From a bacterium BMS3Bbin03 (GTDB taxonomy: Bacteria > Zhuqueibacterota > JdFR-76 > BMS3Abin05): a stretch of 64,000 nt of DNA. The stretch covers positions 38,535 to 102,534 of the forward strand of contig BDTM01000016.1 in the NCBI GenBank assembly GCA_002898015.1. The letters are read 5' to 3'. Shown piece by piece: positions 39,848 through 48,047 of the stretch (its first letter is position 1; each line of letters opens with the position of its first letter). The notes beneath the pieces are model-generated. The model saw only the letters and a list, made by a program, of their open reading frames with translations. It did not search any database and was not told the origin of the DNA. Made by a program: the position numbers and the translations under genes.

Positions 39848-40816
39848 ATGCTGACCATTCCTTTGAATCAGATAATCGATCAGGATGATTTTTACCGGAT
39901 CACTTTTTTGCCGGATTTGCGGCCCCTTGTGGAATCGATGAAGCGAATCGGACAGAGTCAGCCGATTTTGGTGCAGCCTGTTTCAGGGGTTTTTTACAGA
40001 ATCGTATCCGGGTTTAAGCGTTTTTGGGCGGCAAAGGAATTAAATTGGTCCGATATCCGGGCTGAAACGGCAGAGGTTGATTCGGAACAGCCCTTTTCTC
40101 TTTTTCAAAAATCTCTTTTTGAAAATCTGGCAATTCGCCAATTGAATTGGGTTGAAAAGGCTTTTGTGCTGCAGAAATTAGTGCAACAATTTCAAATACC
40201 CCGGGAAAAAATAATATCGGAATGGCTGCCGATTTTAAACATCGGGAAAAATCAAAAATGGCTGGTATGGCTGTCAAAAATCCCGGACTACGAACTTATT
40301 GTGAAGGAAGCGATTGCGAAAGACGAAATCACCTTTGACTTATTTGAGTTTTTTCCTGCGCTTTCTGCAGATGATCGCGTGGCTCTTGTTCAATTTTACC
40401 GCGAGTTGAAATTGGGAAAAAATCGCCAGAAGGAATTCTTCTACTTGTTACGCGATGTGATGCAGCGCGATAATACTTCAATGACTCATCTTTTGGAAAA
40501 TCAGGATGTTCAACAGATTGTAAAAGCCGAAGACCTTGCACTTGGAAATAAAGTTCAAAAGATCAGGGGGATTTTACGCCGGTGGCGCTACTCGTCTATG
40601 AATGAGATGGAAAAGAGATTTCGCGAAATTGTTCACAGCCTGCGCCTGCCGCCGGGCATTCAACTCCTGCCGCCGCAGAATTTTGAAGGAGATAAATTCC
40701 GAATGACGTTTACATTTCGGACGCCGGAGGATTTTTCCGGAGTAGTCGCAAAACTTCAGGAGATCACGGCTTCCGGTGACCTCACGGCGCTCACCTCATT
40801 GTGGGAAGCTGACTGA
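39848..40816 (+). CDS. ParB N-terminal (ParB/Srx-fold) domain protein
   Basis: The N-terminal ~80 aa (LRPLVESMKRIGQSQPILVQP...YRIVSGFKRFWAAKEL) fit the ParB-like nuclease/CTPase domain. The remainder is unrecognised. The stop overlaps the next start (TGATG). Confidence 0.65.
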   Translation: MLTIPLNQIIDQDDFYRITFLPDLRPLVESMKRIGQSQPILVQPVSGVFYRIVSGFKRFWAAKELNWSDIRAETAEVDSEQPFSLFQKSLFENLAIRQLNWVEKAFVLQKLVQQFQIPREKIISEWLPILNIGKNQKWLVWLSKIPDYELIVKEAIAKDEITFDLFEFFPALSADDRVALVQFYRELKLGKNRQKEFFYLLRDVMQRDNTSMTHLLENQDVQQIVKAEDLALGNKVQKIRGILRRWRYSSMNEMEKRFREIVHSLRLPPGIQLLPPQNFEGDKFRMTFTFRTPEDFSGVVAKLQEITASGDLTALTSLWEAD

Positions 40817-41928
40817 TGCCTTACCGGAAATATATCCCGGAAAAAATCATTGTGGAAAAGCGGGTCTGGGAGCTTCCCTGGACACAGGAAATACTGTCGC
40901 GTATGAAGGGCCTGCCGGTCCGGAAAATTTCCACAATTGAGGAAGAAGCTCTGGCCTGTCAAAAAGCCGTAATTTCCCCGGAGGAATCGCTTAAAACGCT
41001 GGCATTGGCGCAGCAGTCCGGTAAGTTTTTAAAACCCTGTCCCGGCACGTCCAACTACGTGTGCTGCGGATATTATTTTCTAAACATTGCCACCAATTGC
41101 GATGTGAATTGCACCTACTGCATTTTGCAAAGTTACCTGAATATTCCATTCATGGTCGTGTACACAAATATCGAAGATGCATTTCGTGAAACGGATGGTG
41201 TGCTGGGTGCGCATAAATTTCCGCTCTACCGAATCGGGACCGGTGAGTTGACGGACAGTTTAACCCTTGAACACATAACACACATGAGTGAAAAGCTCAT
41301 TCCCTATTTTGCGCAAAAAAAGAATGCCATTCTGGAACTCAAGACCAAAACCACACAAATTGAAAACCTGCTTCATCTGGAGCACAACCGGAAAATTGTT
41401 GTTTCCTGGTCCTTGAATCCGGATGAAATCATTCGAACGGAAGAAAAAAATGCCCCGTCACTGAAGGAACGTCTGGACGCAGCCCGGAAAGTGGATGCGG
41501 CCGGGTATCGGCTGGGCTTTCACTTCGATCCGATGATCGATTACCCCAATTGGGAAAGCGGCTATAAGGATGTGATTGGCAGATTGTTTGCCGCCGTTCA
41601 TTCCGGAAACATTGCCTGGATCAGCCTGGGAGCACTTCGTTATCCGGCACAAATGGATCGGCTGATTCGTGAACGGCATCCGGAAAGCAAGATTGTGTTG
41701 GGTGAATTGCTGCCCGGAAAGGACGGAAAATTGCGTTATTTCAGGATGCTGCGCCAGAGAATGTTTCGGAAGATGGTCGACTGGATTCATTCTCATGATC
41801 CGAATGTAACGGTCTACTTCTGCATGGAAAGCCCGGAGGTATGGAAATATGCTTTCCGGGAGCAGGTGCTTCAAAAATGCCCTTTACCCGGAATGCTCGA
41901 CAGATCTGTGTTTGAGTGGGCCAAATAA
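40816..41928 (+). CDS. Spore-photoproduct-lyase-family radical SAM enzyme
   Basis: CDVNCTYC (CX3CX2C) cluster. It is colinear with B. subtilis SplB as I recall it (N-terminal YIPEKIIVEKRVWELP; AARKVDAAGYRLGFHFDPM). Confidence 0.7.
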   Translation: MPYRKYIPEKIIVEKRVWELPWTQEILSRMKGLPVRKISTIEEEALACQKAVISPEESLKTLALAQQSGKFLKPCPGTSNYVCCGYYFLNIATNCDVNCTYCILQSYLNIPFMVVYTNIEDAFRETDGVLGAHKFPLYRIGTGELTDSLTLEHITHMSEKLIPYFAQKKNAILELKTKTTQIENLLHLEHNRKIVVSWSLNPDEIIRTEEKNAPSLKERLDAARKVDAAGYRLGFHFDPMIDYPNWESGYKDVIGRLFAAVHSGNIAWISLGALRYPAQMDRLIRERHPESKIVLGELLPGKDGKLRYFRMLRQRMFRKMVDWIHSHDPNVTVYFCMESPEVWKYAFREQVLQKCPLPGMLDRSVFEWAK

Positions 41929-41945
41929 CTTGGCGGAACAGCCGC

Positions 41946-42338
41946 TTACTTAAAAAATGCGAATAAAATCCCGATCATAACTCCGACCTGTCCCACCCAG
42001 AAAATGAACATCCATTTTATGAGATTGGCATTATTTTCAGCCACACGCTTATCTAATAGTGCGATTTCTTCCCGTAAGGCAGCGGTATTTTGGGTAATTT
42101 TTCCCTCTAAAGAAGCATTATTTTGGGAGATTTCTTCCCGTAGTTTTGATAGATCCGTTTTGAATTCTATTCGTAATTTGCCAATTTCTCTGGAGAGTAG
42201 GTGTTCGAATCTTAGTTCAACGTGTTCAATCGAAAGCCTCTGCTTGGTGATAATCTGGTTGATAAGCCAAATTAAATCATTTGCTCCCTTGCTGCCCAAT
42301 TTCTCTTGAATAGTTTCCGGAACGGCCACAACATCCAT
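41946..42338 (-). CDS. Tail-anchored coiled-coil membrane protein (130 aa), function unknown
   Basis: Heptad-rich body and a single C-terminal TM helix (WMFIFWVGQVGVMIGILFAFF). It is one of only two minus-strand genes in the window. Confidence 0.6.
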   Translation of the reverse strand: MDVVAVPETIQEKLGSKGANDLIWLINQIITKQRLSIEHVELRFEHLLSREIGKLRIEFKTDLSKLREEISQNNASLEGKITQNTAALREEIALLDKRVAENNANLIKWMFIFWVGQVGVMIGILFAFFK

Positions 42339-42391
42339 AGTCTGTTTCTCTTATTTTTTTCTTTTCTTAAAAATATATTTTTTGAGCGATA

Positions 42392-42412
42392 AAATCAAAT
42401 AATATTTGATTT
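42392..42412. promoter_or_regulatory. Perfect 21-bp palindrome (operator-like)
   Basis: AAATCAAATA-A-TATTTGATTT in the divergent intergenic region between 41946-42338(-) and 42565(+). Confidence 0.4.
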
Positions 42413-42564
42413 AAAAACGGATTTTCCCGGAAGCACAGAGCTTCCGAGGAGGCCGGAATTAGGGCGGCATCTTTAATTTCATTTGAAAATTCCATTCAAA
42501 AATGATATTTTAAAAAAGAGAATTCATTTTTAAAAGAATTTTCTATTCATTACAGGAGGGTATC

Positions 42565-43506
42565 GTGGATTATCGCCAATTGGGAACATCGAATTTAAAA
42601 CTATCGGTTATTGGATTTGGTTGTTGGGCAGCCGGTGCTTACGGTTGGGGAGATGTCCGGGACAACGAATCCATTGCGGCTATCCGGCAGGCAATGGATC
42701 TGGGAATCAATTTTTTTGATACGGCCGATGTGTACGGACGGGGCCATTCGGAAGAGGTGCTGGCACGGGCACTTGGCAATCGACGCAAGGAAGTCATTAT
42801 AGCCACAAAAGTCGGAAACCGCTGGTCAGCCGATGGGACTCGAATATGGGCAGATTTAAGTCCGAAATACATTCGCCGGGCGGTTGAGGACAGCCTCCGG
42901 CGTTTAAAAACCGATGTGATTGACCTGTATCAGATCCATCGGCCGGATCCCCAGACGCCTGTTGTAGAAACGATGGCTACCCTGCTGGATCTGGTTAAAG
43001 AAGGGAAAATCCGATACATCGGTACTTCCAACCTCAGTCCGGATCAGCTTCGTGAGTATATATCGTACGGACAGGTGGTTTCGCTCCAACCGGTTCTGAA
43101 TTTGTTTACCCGGTATTCGGAAGTGCAGCTCCTTCCCCTGTGTCGGGAAAAGACTGTGGGTGTGGTCGTGTACAGTCCGATGGCAATGGGACTTTTGACC
43201 GGAAAATACAACAAACCCGTTTCATTTAAGCCCGGTGATTTTCGGACGATGAATGTTCTTTTTCAGGGGAAAAATTTTGAACGAAATATTACCGTTGTAA
43301 AAGCTCTGAAAAAATTTGCCAATGAGCGGGGATATTCGGTTGCACAATTGGCCGTGGCCTGGGTGATTGCGCATCCGGCGGTGACTTCGGCCATTTGCGG
43401 TGCTAAACGCCCCGGGCAAATTAAAGAAACGGCCGGTTCATTTGCCTGGAAATTGACACACGACGAACTGATTGAAATTGACCGAATAGTGGCCAGTGCC
43501 GCCTGA
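42565..43506 (+). CDS. Aldo/keto reductase
   Basis: GTSNLKLSVIGFGCW, FFDTADVYG and the AKR-typical C-terminus. GTG start after GGAGGG. Confidence 0.85.
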   Translation: MDYRQLGTSNLKLSVIGFGCWAAGAYGWGDVRDNESIAAIRQAMDLGINFFDTADVYGRGHSEEVLARALGNRRKEVIIATKVGNRWSADGTRIWADLSPKYIRRAVEDSLRRLKTDVIDLYQIHRPDPQTPVVETMATLLDLVKEGKIRYIGTSNLSPDQLREYISYGQVVSLQPVLNLFTRYSEVQLLPLCREKTVGVVVYSPMAMGLLTGKYNKPVSFKPGDFRTMNVLFQGKNFERNITVVKALKKFANERGYSVAQLAVAWVIAHPAVTSAICGAKRPGQIKETAGSFAWKLTHDELIEIDRIVASAA

Positions 43507-43605
43507 TGTTTGAGACTAATTTACCGCCGGAAACGAAGGAATTACAAGCTGACACGCCCGGCTGACGTGCGGGCTGTAAAAAAGTCCGGAAAACAATCGT
43601 ATTTT

Positions 43606-44808
43606 ATGTCCAGAGAAAAAACTACCATTTATCGAAAAGGCCTGGGTGTTCAGGATAAAATCAAGAATCGGCTCGAGCAGGATTACTTCAGCGGGATTGT
43701 CTCGTATCTGAAAGCCCATGATTTTACGCTTTCATCCGGCGGATTAACCATCTACCTTGCGCGGGAATTTGGCTTTTGTTATGGTGTGGAACGTGCCGTG
43801 AACTATGCCTACCAGACCCGTGAAAAATTCCCCGATCGCCGAATTTTTTTGATCGGCGATATGATTCACAATCCATTTGTGAACCGGCAGCTCCGGGAAA
43901 TGCAGATTGAGATTTTACCCGTTCCGGAAACAGGAAAAGAGGATTATTCGTTTCTAAAAAAAGAAGACGTGGTCGTGCTGCCCGCTTTCGGAATCCCTGT
44001 TAGTACATTGGAATTGCTGAAACAACCGGGGTGCATATTGGTCGATACGACATGCGGGTCGGTGATGTCCGTCTGGAAGCGGGTGGAGAGTTACGCAAAG
44101 GAGGGTTACACGGTTCTTGTGCATGGGAAATATTGGCACGAAGAAACCCGTGCGACCGTTTCTCATGCCTTAAAAGCTCCGGGCGGAAAGTATCTGGTGG
44201 TACTTAATAAGCAGGAAGCACAATTCGTCTGCGACTTCATCCGGCGCGGCGGCCCCCGGGAAGGTTTCATGGAGAAATTCCGGCAAGCATTGTCTTCGGA
44301 TTTTGATCCGGATCGAGATCTCCAAAAAATCGGACTTGCAAACCAGACCACCATGCTGCGCGGCGAATCTATGGAAATTGCGGAAATGATTAAAACAGCA
44401 TTAGCGGCCCGTTTCGGCGCTAAAAATCTTACGAAACATTTTCGCAATTTTGATACCGTCTGCAGCGCCACGCAGGATCGCCAGGACGCTGTTGTTGAAC
44501 TGTTGACGCAGAAGAAGGTCGATTTGATGCTTGTAGTCGGAGGATTTAACAGCAGCAACACGGGACATCTCGCGGAAATCTCTTCCAAATATGTGCCCAC
44601 ATTTCACATCGAGAATGCCGGTTGTATTTTAAACGATAAAGCCATTCGCTGCCGCGACGCGGCGGATGGCCGGGAGAAAATTAAAAGAGACTGGCTGCCA
44701 ATCGGCCCCGTTAAAATCGCGCTGACGGCCGGCGCATCCACCCCGAGCAGCATTATTGGAGAGGTGGTGACTCAGCTCCTTGCCTTTCACCGTAAGCAGA
44801 TTGAATAA
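43606..44808 (+). CDS. ispH: 4-hydroxy-3-methylbut-2-enyl diphosphate reductase (long form)
   Basis: GFCYGVERAV, VDTTCGSV, ANQTT and VVGGFNSSNT motifs. ATG 43606 is preferred over the basic 32-aa extension from 43510. Confidence 0.85.
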   Translation: MSREKTTIYRKGLGVQDKIKNRLEQDYFSGIVSYLKAHDFTLSSGGLTIYLAREFGFCYGVERAVNYAYQTREKFPDRRIFLIGDMIHNPFVNRQLREMQIEILPVPETGKEDYSFLKKEDVVVLPAFGIPVSTLELLKQPGCILVDTTCGSVMSVWKRVESYAKEGYTVLVHGKYWHEETRATVSHALKAPGGKYLVVLNKQEAQFVCDFIRRGGPREGFMEKFRQALSSDFDPDRDLQKIGLANQTTMLRGESMEIAEMIKTALAARFGAKNLTKHFRNFDTVCSATQDRQDAVVELLTQKKVDLMLVVGGFNSSNTGHLAEISSKYVPTFHIENAGCILNDKAIRCRDAADGREKIKRDWLPIGPVKIALTAGASTPSSIIGEVVTQLLAFHRKQIE

Positions 44809-44837
44809 AATAAACGCTGTTTTAAGACAGGCCCCTC

Positions 44838-44858
44838 TTGCGAAAATAATTATCGCAA
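44838..44858. promoter_or_regulatory. Dyad TTGCGA-N9-TCGCAA (candidate enhancer-binding-protein site 1)
   Basis: Perfect 6-bp arms, about 165 bp upstream of the -24 element at 45011. Confidence 0.4.
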
Positions 44859-44907
44859 TTTAAATTCTTGATTTTTAACTGAATTTGACCCATTTCTCAA
44901 TTATTGC

Positions 44908-44926
44908 TGCGACAAATTCATTCGCA
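44908..44926. promoter_or_regulatory. Dyad TGCGA-N9-TCGCA (candidate enhancer-binding-protein site 2)
   Basis: Same half-sites and spacing as site 1. The centres are 69 bp apart, and this site lies about 95 bp upstream of the -24 GG. Confidence 0.4.
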
Positions 44927-45010
44927 TATCTATTCCGTCTTCACCTTGGACCTATCCGCTATCTTCTTGAATATATAGATTTTATAAAATAATGAAATGG
45001 GATAAAACTA

Positions 45011-45026
45011 TGGCACACAGATTGCT
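45011..45026 (+). promoter_or_regulatory. Sigma-54 (-24/-12) promoter
   Basis: TGGCACACAGATTGCT is an exact match to TGGCAC-N5-TTGCW. It lies 120 nt upstream of the ATG at 45146. Confidence 0.7.
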
Positions 45027-45145
45027 TTAGGTAGGGGTGATATGCGTATTTTAAAAATCTTTATAAATTTCGGAGAGATGTTTAAATGCGGGTCAGGTTT
45101 TCTGAACAATTTTTAATGAAGTTTTGCGGAGGGAGGTGAAAAAAC

Positions 45146-45436
45146 ATGGGTGCTCAATTGGTATATTTGCCGTTTTTATCCTGGCTATGGTTAACCATCA
45201 TTGCTGTTGTAATCTCTTTGATATGGTGGTTTGCGCTGAACGTTAAAACCGCGGGAGGATATTGGTTTGAATTAGTAATAGCCTGGATCGGTGCCTGGCT
45301 GGGTACGCCTGTTTTTGGGAATTGGGTATGGACACCTAACCATATTTCAATTATTCCGGCCGTTTTAGGTGCAATTGCAGCCATATTTCTTATTGATGGA
45401 TACACCAAAATTATGGCAGCTTGTCACAAAGAATAA
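45146..45436 (+). CDS. GlsB/YeaQ/YmgE-family small membrane protein
   Basis: 96 aa, 3-4 TM segments, Gly-rich helices (VIAWIGAWLGTPVFG; AVLGAIAAIFLIDGY). Strong SD GGGAGGTGA. Confidence 0.65.
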   Translation: MGAQLVYLPFLSWLWLTIIAVVISLIWWFALNVKTAGGYWFELVIAWIGAWLGTPVFGNWVWTPNHISIIPAVLGAIAAIFLIDGYTKIMAACHKE

Positions 45437-45714
45437 AATTTTGATAGGGGAACGATCACGTTATCGCAGTAAGTAAACTTATGTGAAGGAAAACCTGGCC
45501 TTCTCCGAAATTTGTGAATGAATAAAACGGCTCATTCCAGCAGTAAAACCTCAGTGAAAGGTAATTAAGACTAGAATACCAACCTCACGAAAAAAGAATC
45601 CTGCCAAATAGTAATGCAATCGCCATTTTCAATTTGCTTTTTTCTTTTAAAATCACTAAATTTTCCTCAATTAAATTGGTTGGATAATATTGGAATCAAT
45701 TTCTGGAGGAAAAT

Positions 45715-47802
45715 ATGAAACGTGCTGCATTCTTGGTAGTTTTGCTTCTGATGTTCGTCCCTTCTATTTTTTCCGCACAAAAACGTGCTATGACAGTGGA
45801 GGATATGTGGAGCATGGGCCGGGTGAGCCAGCCGGTGCTTTCACCCGATGGGAAACGGATTGTCTACGCCGTCACGACCTATTCCATGAAAGAGAACAAG
45901 GGGAATTCGGACCTGTACATGATACCGTCCGGCGGTGGTAAAGCCATTCAATTGACCGCTTACTCCGGTTATGATGGCATGCCCCGCTGGCGGCCGGACG
46001 GCAAAGCAATCGATTTTATTTCAGCACGGGACGGAAGCCTGCAAATTTACGAGCTTTCCCTTTCGGGCGGAGATGCCCGCATGCTTGCCAGTGTTCCGAC
46101 AGGTGTGACTCAATTTGTGTGGTCGCCGGACGGGAAATTTCTGGCTTTCAGCACGCGCCTGTATGTGAACGCCAAAAATCTCAGCGCATCGGTGAAACGG
46201 GACCGGGAGAAGCAAACCTCAAAAGTAAAGGCTCGATTGATTGATCACCTCTTTTACCGCTACTGGAACCACTGGCTCAATGGAAAACGCAGCCATGTAT
46301 TTGTGATGCCGGCTTCGATGGATACTTCCTGGGATGTCACGCCGGGAGATTACGACACGCCTCCTCTGGATCTGGGAAGCGGCCGCGATTTTGTGTTTTC
46401 TCCGGACGGACGGAAAATTGCCTTTGTCCGAAATACAGACTCTGTGGTGGCTCTTTCCACAAATAACGACGTCTTTACAGCACCGGTTTCGGGAAGAAGT
46501 GTCACACGGCTTACCCAAAACAAAGCCTGCGACAACGAGCCTGTTTATTCGCCAAATGGCACCTATCTGGCCTATCGTGCGATGAAACGCCCCGGGTTTG
46601 AAGCGGACCAGTATGATTTAATTCTGTACAATCGAAAAACCGGCGAGCGGCAAAATCTTACGGAAGCCTTTGATCTGGATGTGGGTGAGATGGTTTGGGC
46701 GCCTAAAAGTGATCGGATTTATTTCACAACCGAGCACCAGGGACGCGTAAAAATTGTGGCGATCGATATTCATTCGGGCAAAATGGCGCCCGTGGTCACA
46801 CAGCATTACAATCGCAGTTTGCAGATTTCTCCGGACGGCAAGTGGCTGTATTTTATCCAGCAGGCCGCTTATCAACCTTTCGAAATCTTCCGGGTCTCGT
46901 TAAAAAAACTGAAATTCGTGGATCAATCAAAAATTAAGGCCGTTTTGACCGAAAAAACCAATTCCGTCAATGTGAAGCAGCTCACATTTACCAACCGTGC
47001 TCGATTGACGAAGCTTAAATTGAATCCTCTCGAAGATTTTTGGTTTTCTTCCTTCGATGGTACAAAAGTCCATGGTCTCTTGCTCAAACCGCCTTTTTTT
47101 GATCCTGCCAAAAAGTACCCTCTTGTGTTTTTGATTCATGGCGGGCCGCAGGGAATGTGGTCCGATGATTTTCACTACCGCTGGAATTCCGAATTATTTT
47201 CTTCGCCCGGGTATGTGGTGGCGATGATTAATTTCCGGGGCTCAAAGGGGTACGGACAGAAATTCTGCGATGCCGTCTCAAAGGACTGGGGCGGTGGCCC
47301 GTATAAAGATTTAATGACCGGTCTGGACTATATTTTAAAGAAGTACGATTTTATCGATACCACAAAAGTGGCTGCTGCCGGAGCCTCGTACGGTGGATTT
47401 ATGATTGATTGGATTGCCGGACACACCAATCGTTTTAAAGGTTTGGTCACGCACGATGGTGTGTTTGATCAGGTATCCATGTACGGCGCCACGGAGGAAC
47501 TCTGGTTTCCAGAATGGGAATTCGGCGGCGATCCCTACCGGCATCCTGAGCTGTACCACAAATGGTCCCCCTCCGCGTTTGCCAAATATTTCAAAACCCC
47601 TACGCTGGTCATTCACAGTCAGAAAGATTTTCGTGTGCCGGTGACTCAGGGATTCCAGATGTTTACGGCGCTTCAGCGAATGGGTGTACCGTCCAAACTG
47701 CTCTATTTCCCGGATGAAGGTCATTTTATCACCAAACCTCAGAATGCACGTCTCTGGTGGAACACGGTTTTGGGCTGGATCGCGGAGTGGATTAATAAAT
47801 AA
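45715..47802 (+). CDS. Secreted S9-family serine peptidase (prolyl oligopeptidase / acylaminoacyl peptidase type)
   Basis: Signal peptide, beta-propeller repeats (SPDGK x several), catalytic GASYGGF, then D and H in SQKDFRVP and DEGHF. Confidence 0.9.
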   Translation: MKRAAFLVVLLLMFVPSIFSAQKRAMTVEDMWSMGRVSQPVLSPDGKRIVYAVTTYSMKENKGNSDLYMIPSGGGKAIQLTAYSGYDGMPRWRPDGKAIDFISARDGSLQIYELSLSGGDARMLASVPTGVTQFVWSPDGKFLAFSTRLYVNAKNLSASVKRDREKQTSKVKARLIDHLFYRYWNHWLNGKRSHVFVMPASMDTSWDVTPGDYDTPPLDLGSGRDFVFSPDGRKIAFVRNTDSVVALSTNNDVFTAPVSGRSVTRLTQNKACDNEPVYSPNGTYLAYRAMKRPGFEADQYDLILYNRKTGERQNLTEAFDLDVGEMVWAPKSDRIYFTTEHQGRVKIVAIDIHSGKMAPVVTQHYNRSLQISPDGKWLYFIQQAAYQPFEIFRVSLKKLKFVDQSKIKAVLTEKTNSVNVKQLTFTNRARLTKLKLNPLEDFWFSSFDGTKVHGLLLKPPFFDPAKKYPLVFLIHGGPQGMWSDDFHYRWNSELFSSPGYVVAMINFRGSKGYGQKFCDAVSKDWGGGPYKDLMTGLDYILKKYDFIDTTKVAAAGASYGGFMIDWIAGHTNRFKGLVTHDGVFDQVSMYGATEELWFPEWEFGGDPYRHPELYHKWSPSAFAKYFKTPTLVIHSQKDFRVPVTQGFQMFTALQRMGVPSKLLYFPDEGHFITKPQNARLWWNTVLGWIAEWINK

Positions 47803-48047
47803 GGAAATTTCCCGGATGGGCGTCACAAACCGGAAGTGTACAGAATTTATATCTAAAAGAATAACCGATATTTTAAATCCGGCCATGGCTTAAATACATT
47901 TTTGTTAATGTCGAAAAAAACTTGATAAATGTGTTGTGAAATTTTAAATTTTAGGCAATTTTCAAGAAACTTCATCTTTGGTTTAAGTTGAAGTCAGGTT
48001 TCTTGCACACAATCCGATTTACAAATCCAAATAAATGAAAGAATGCA

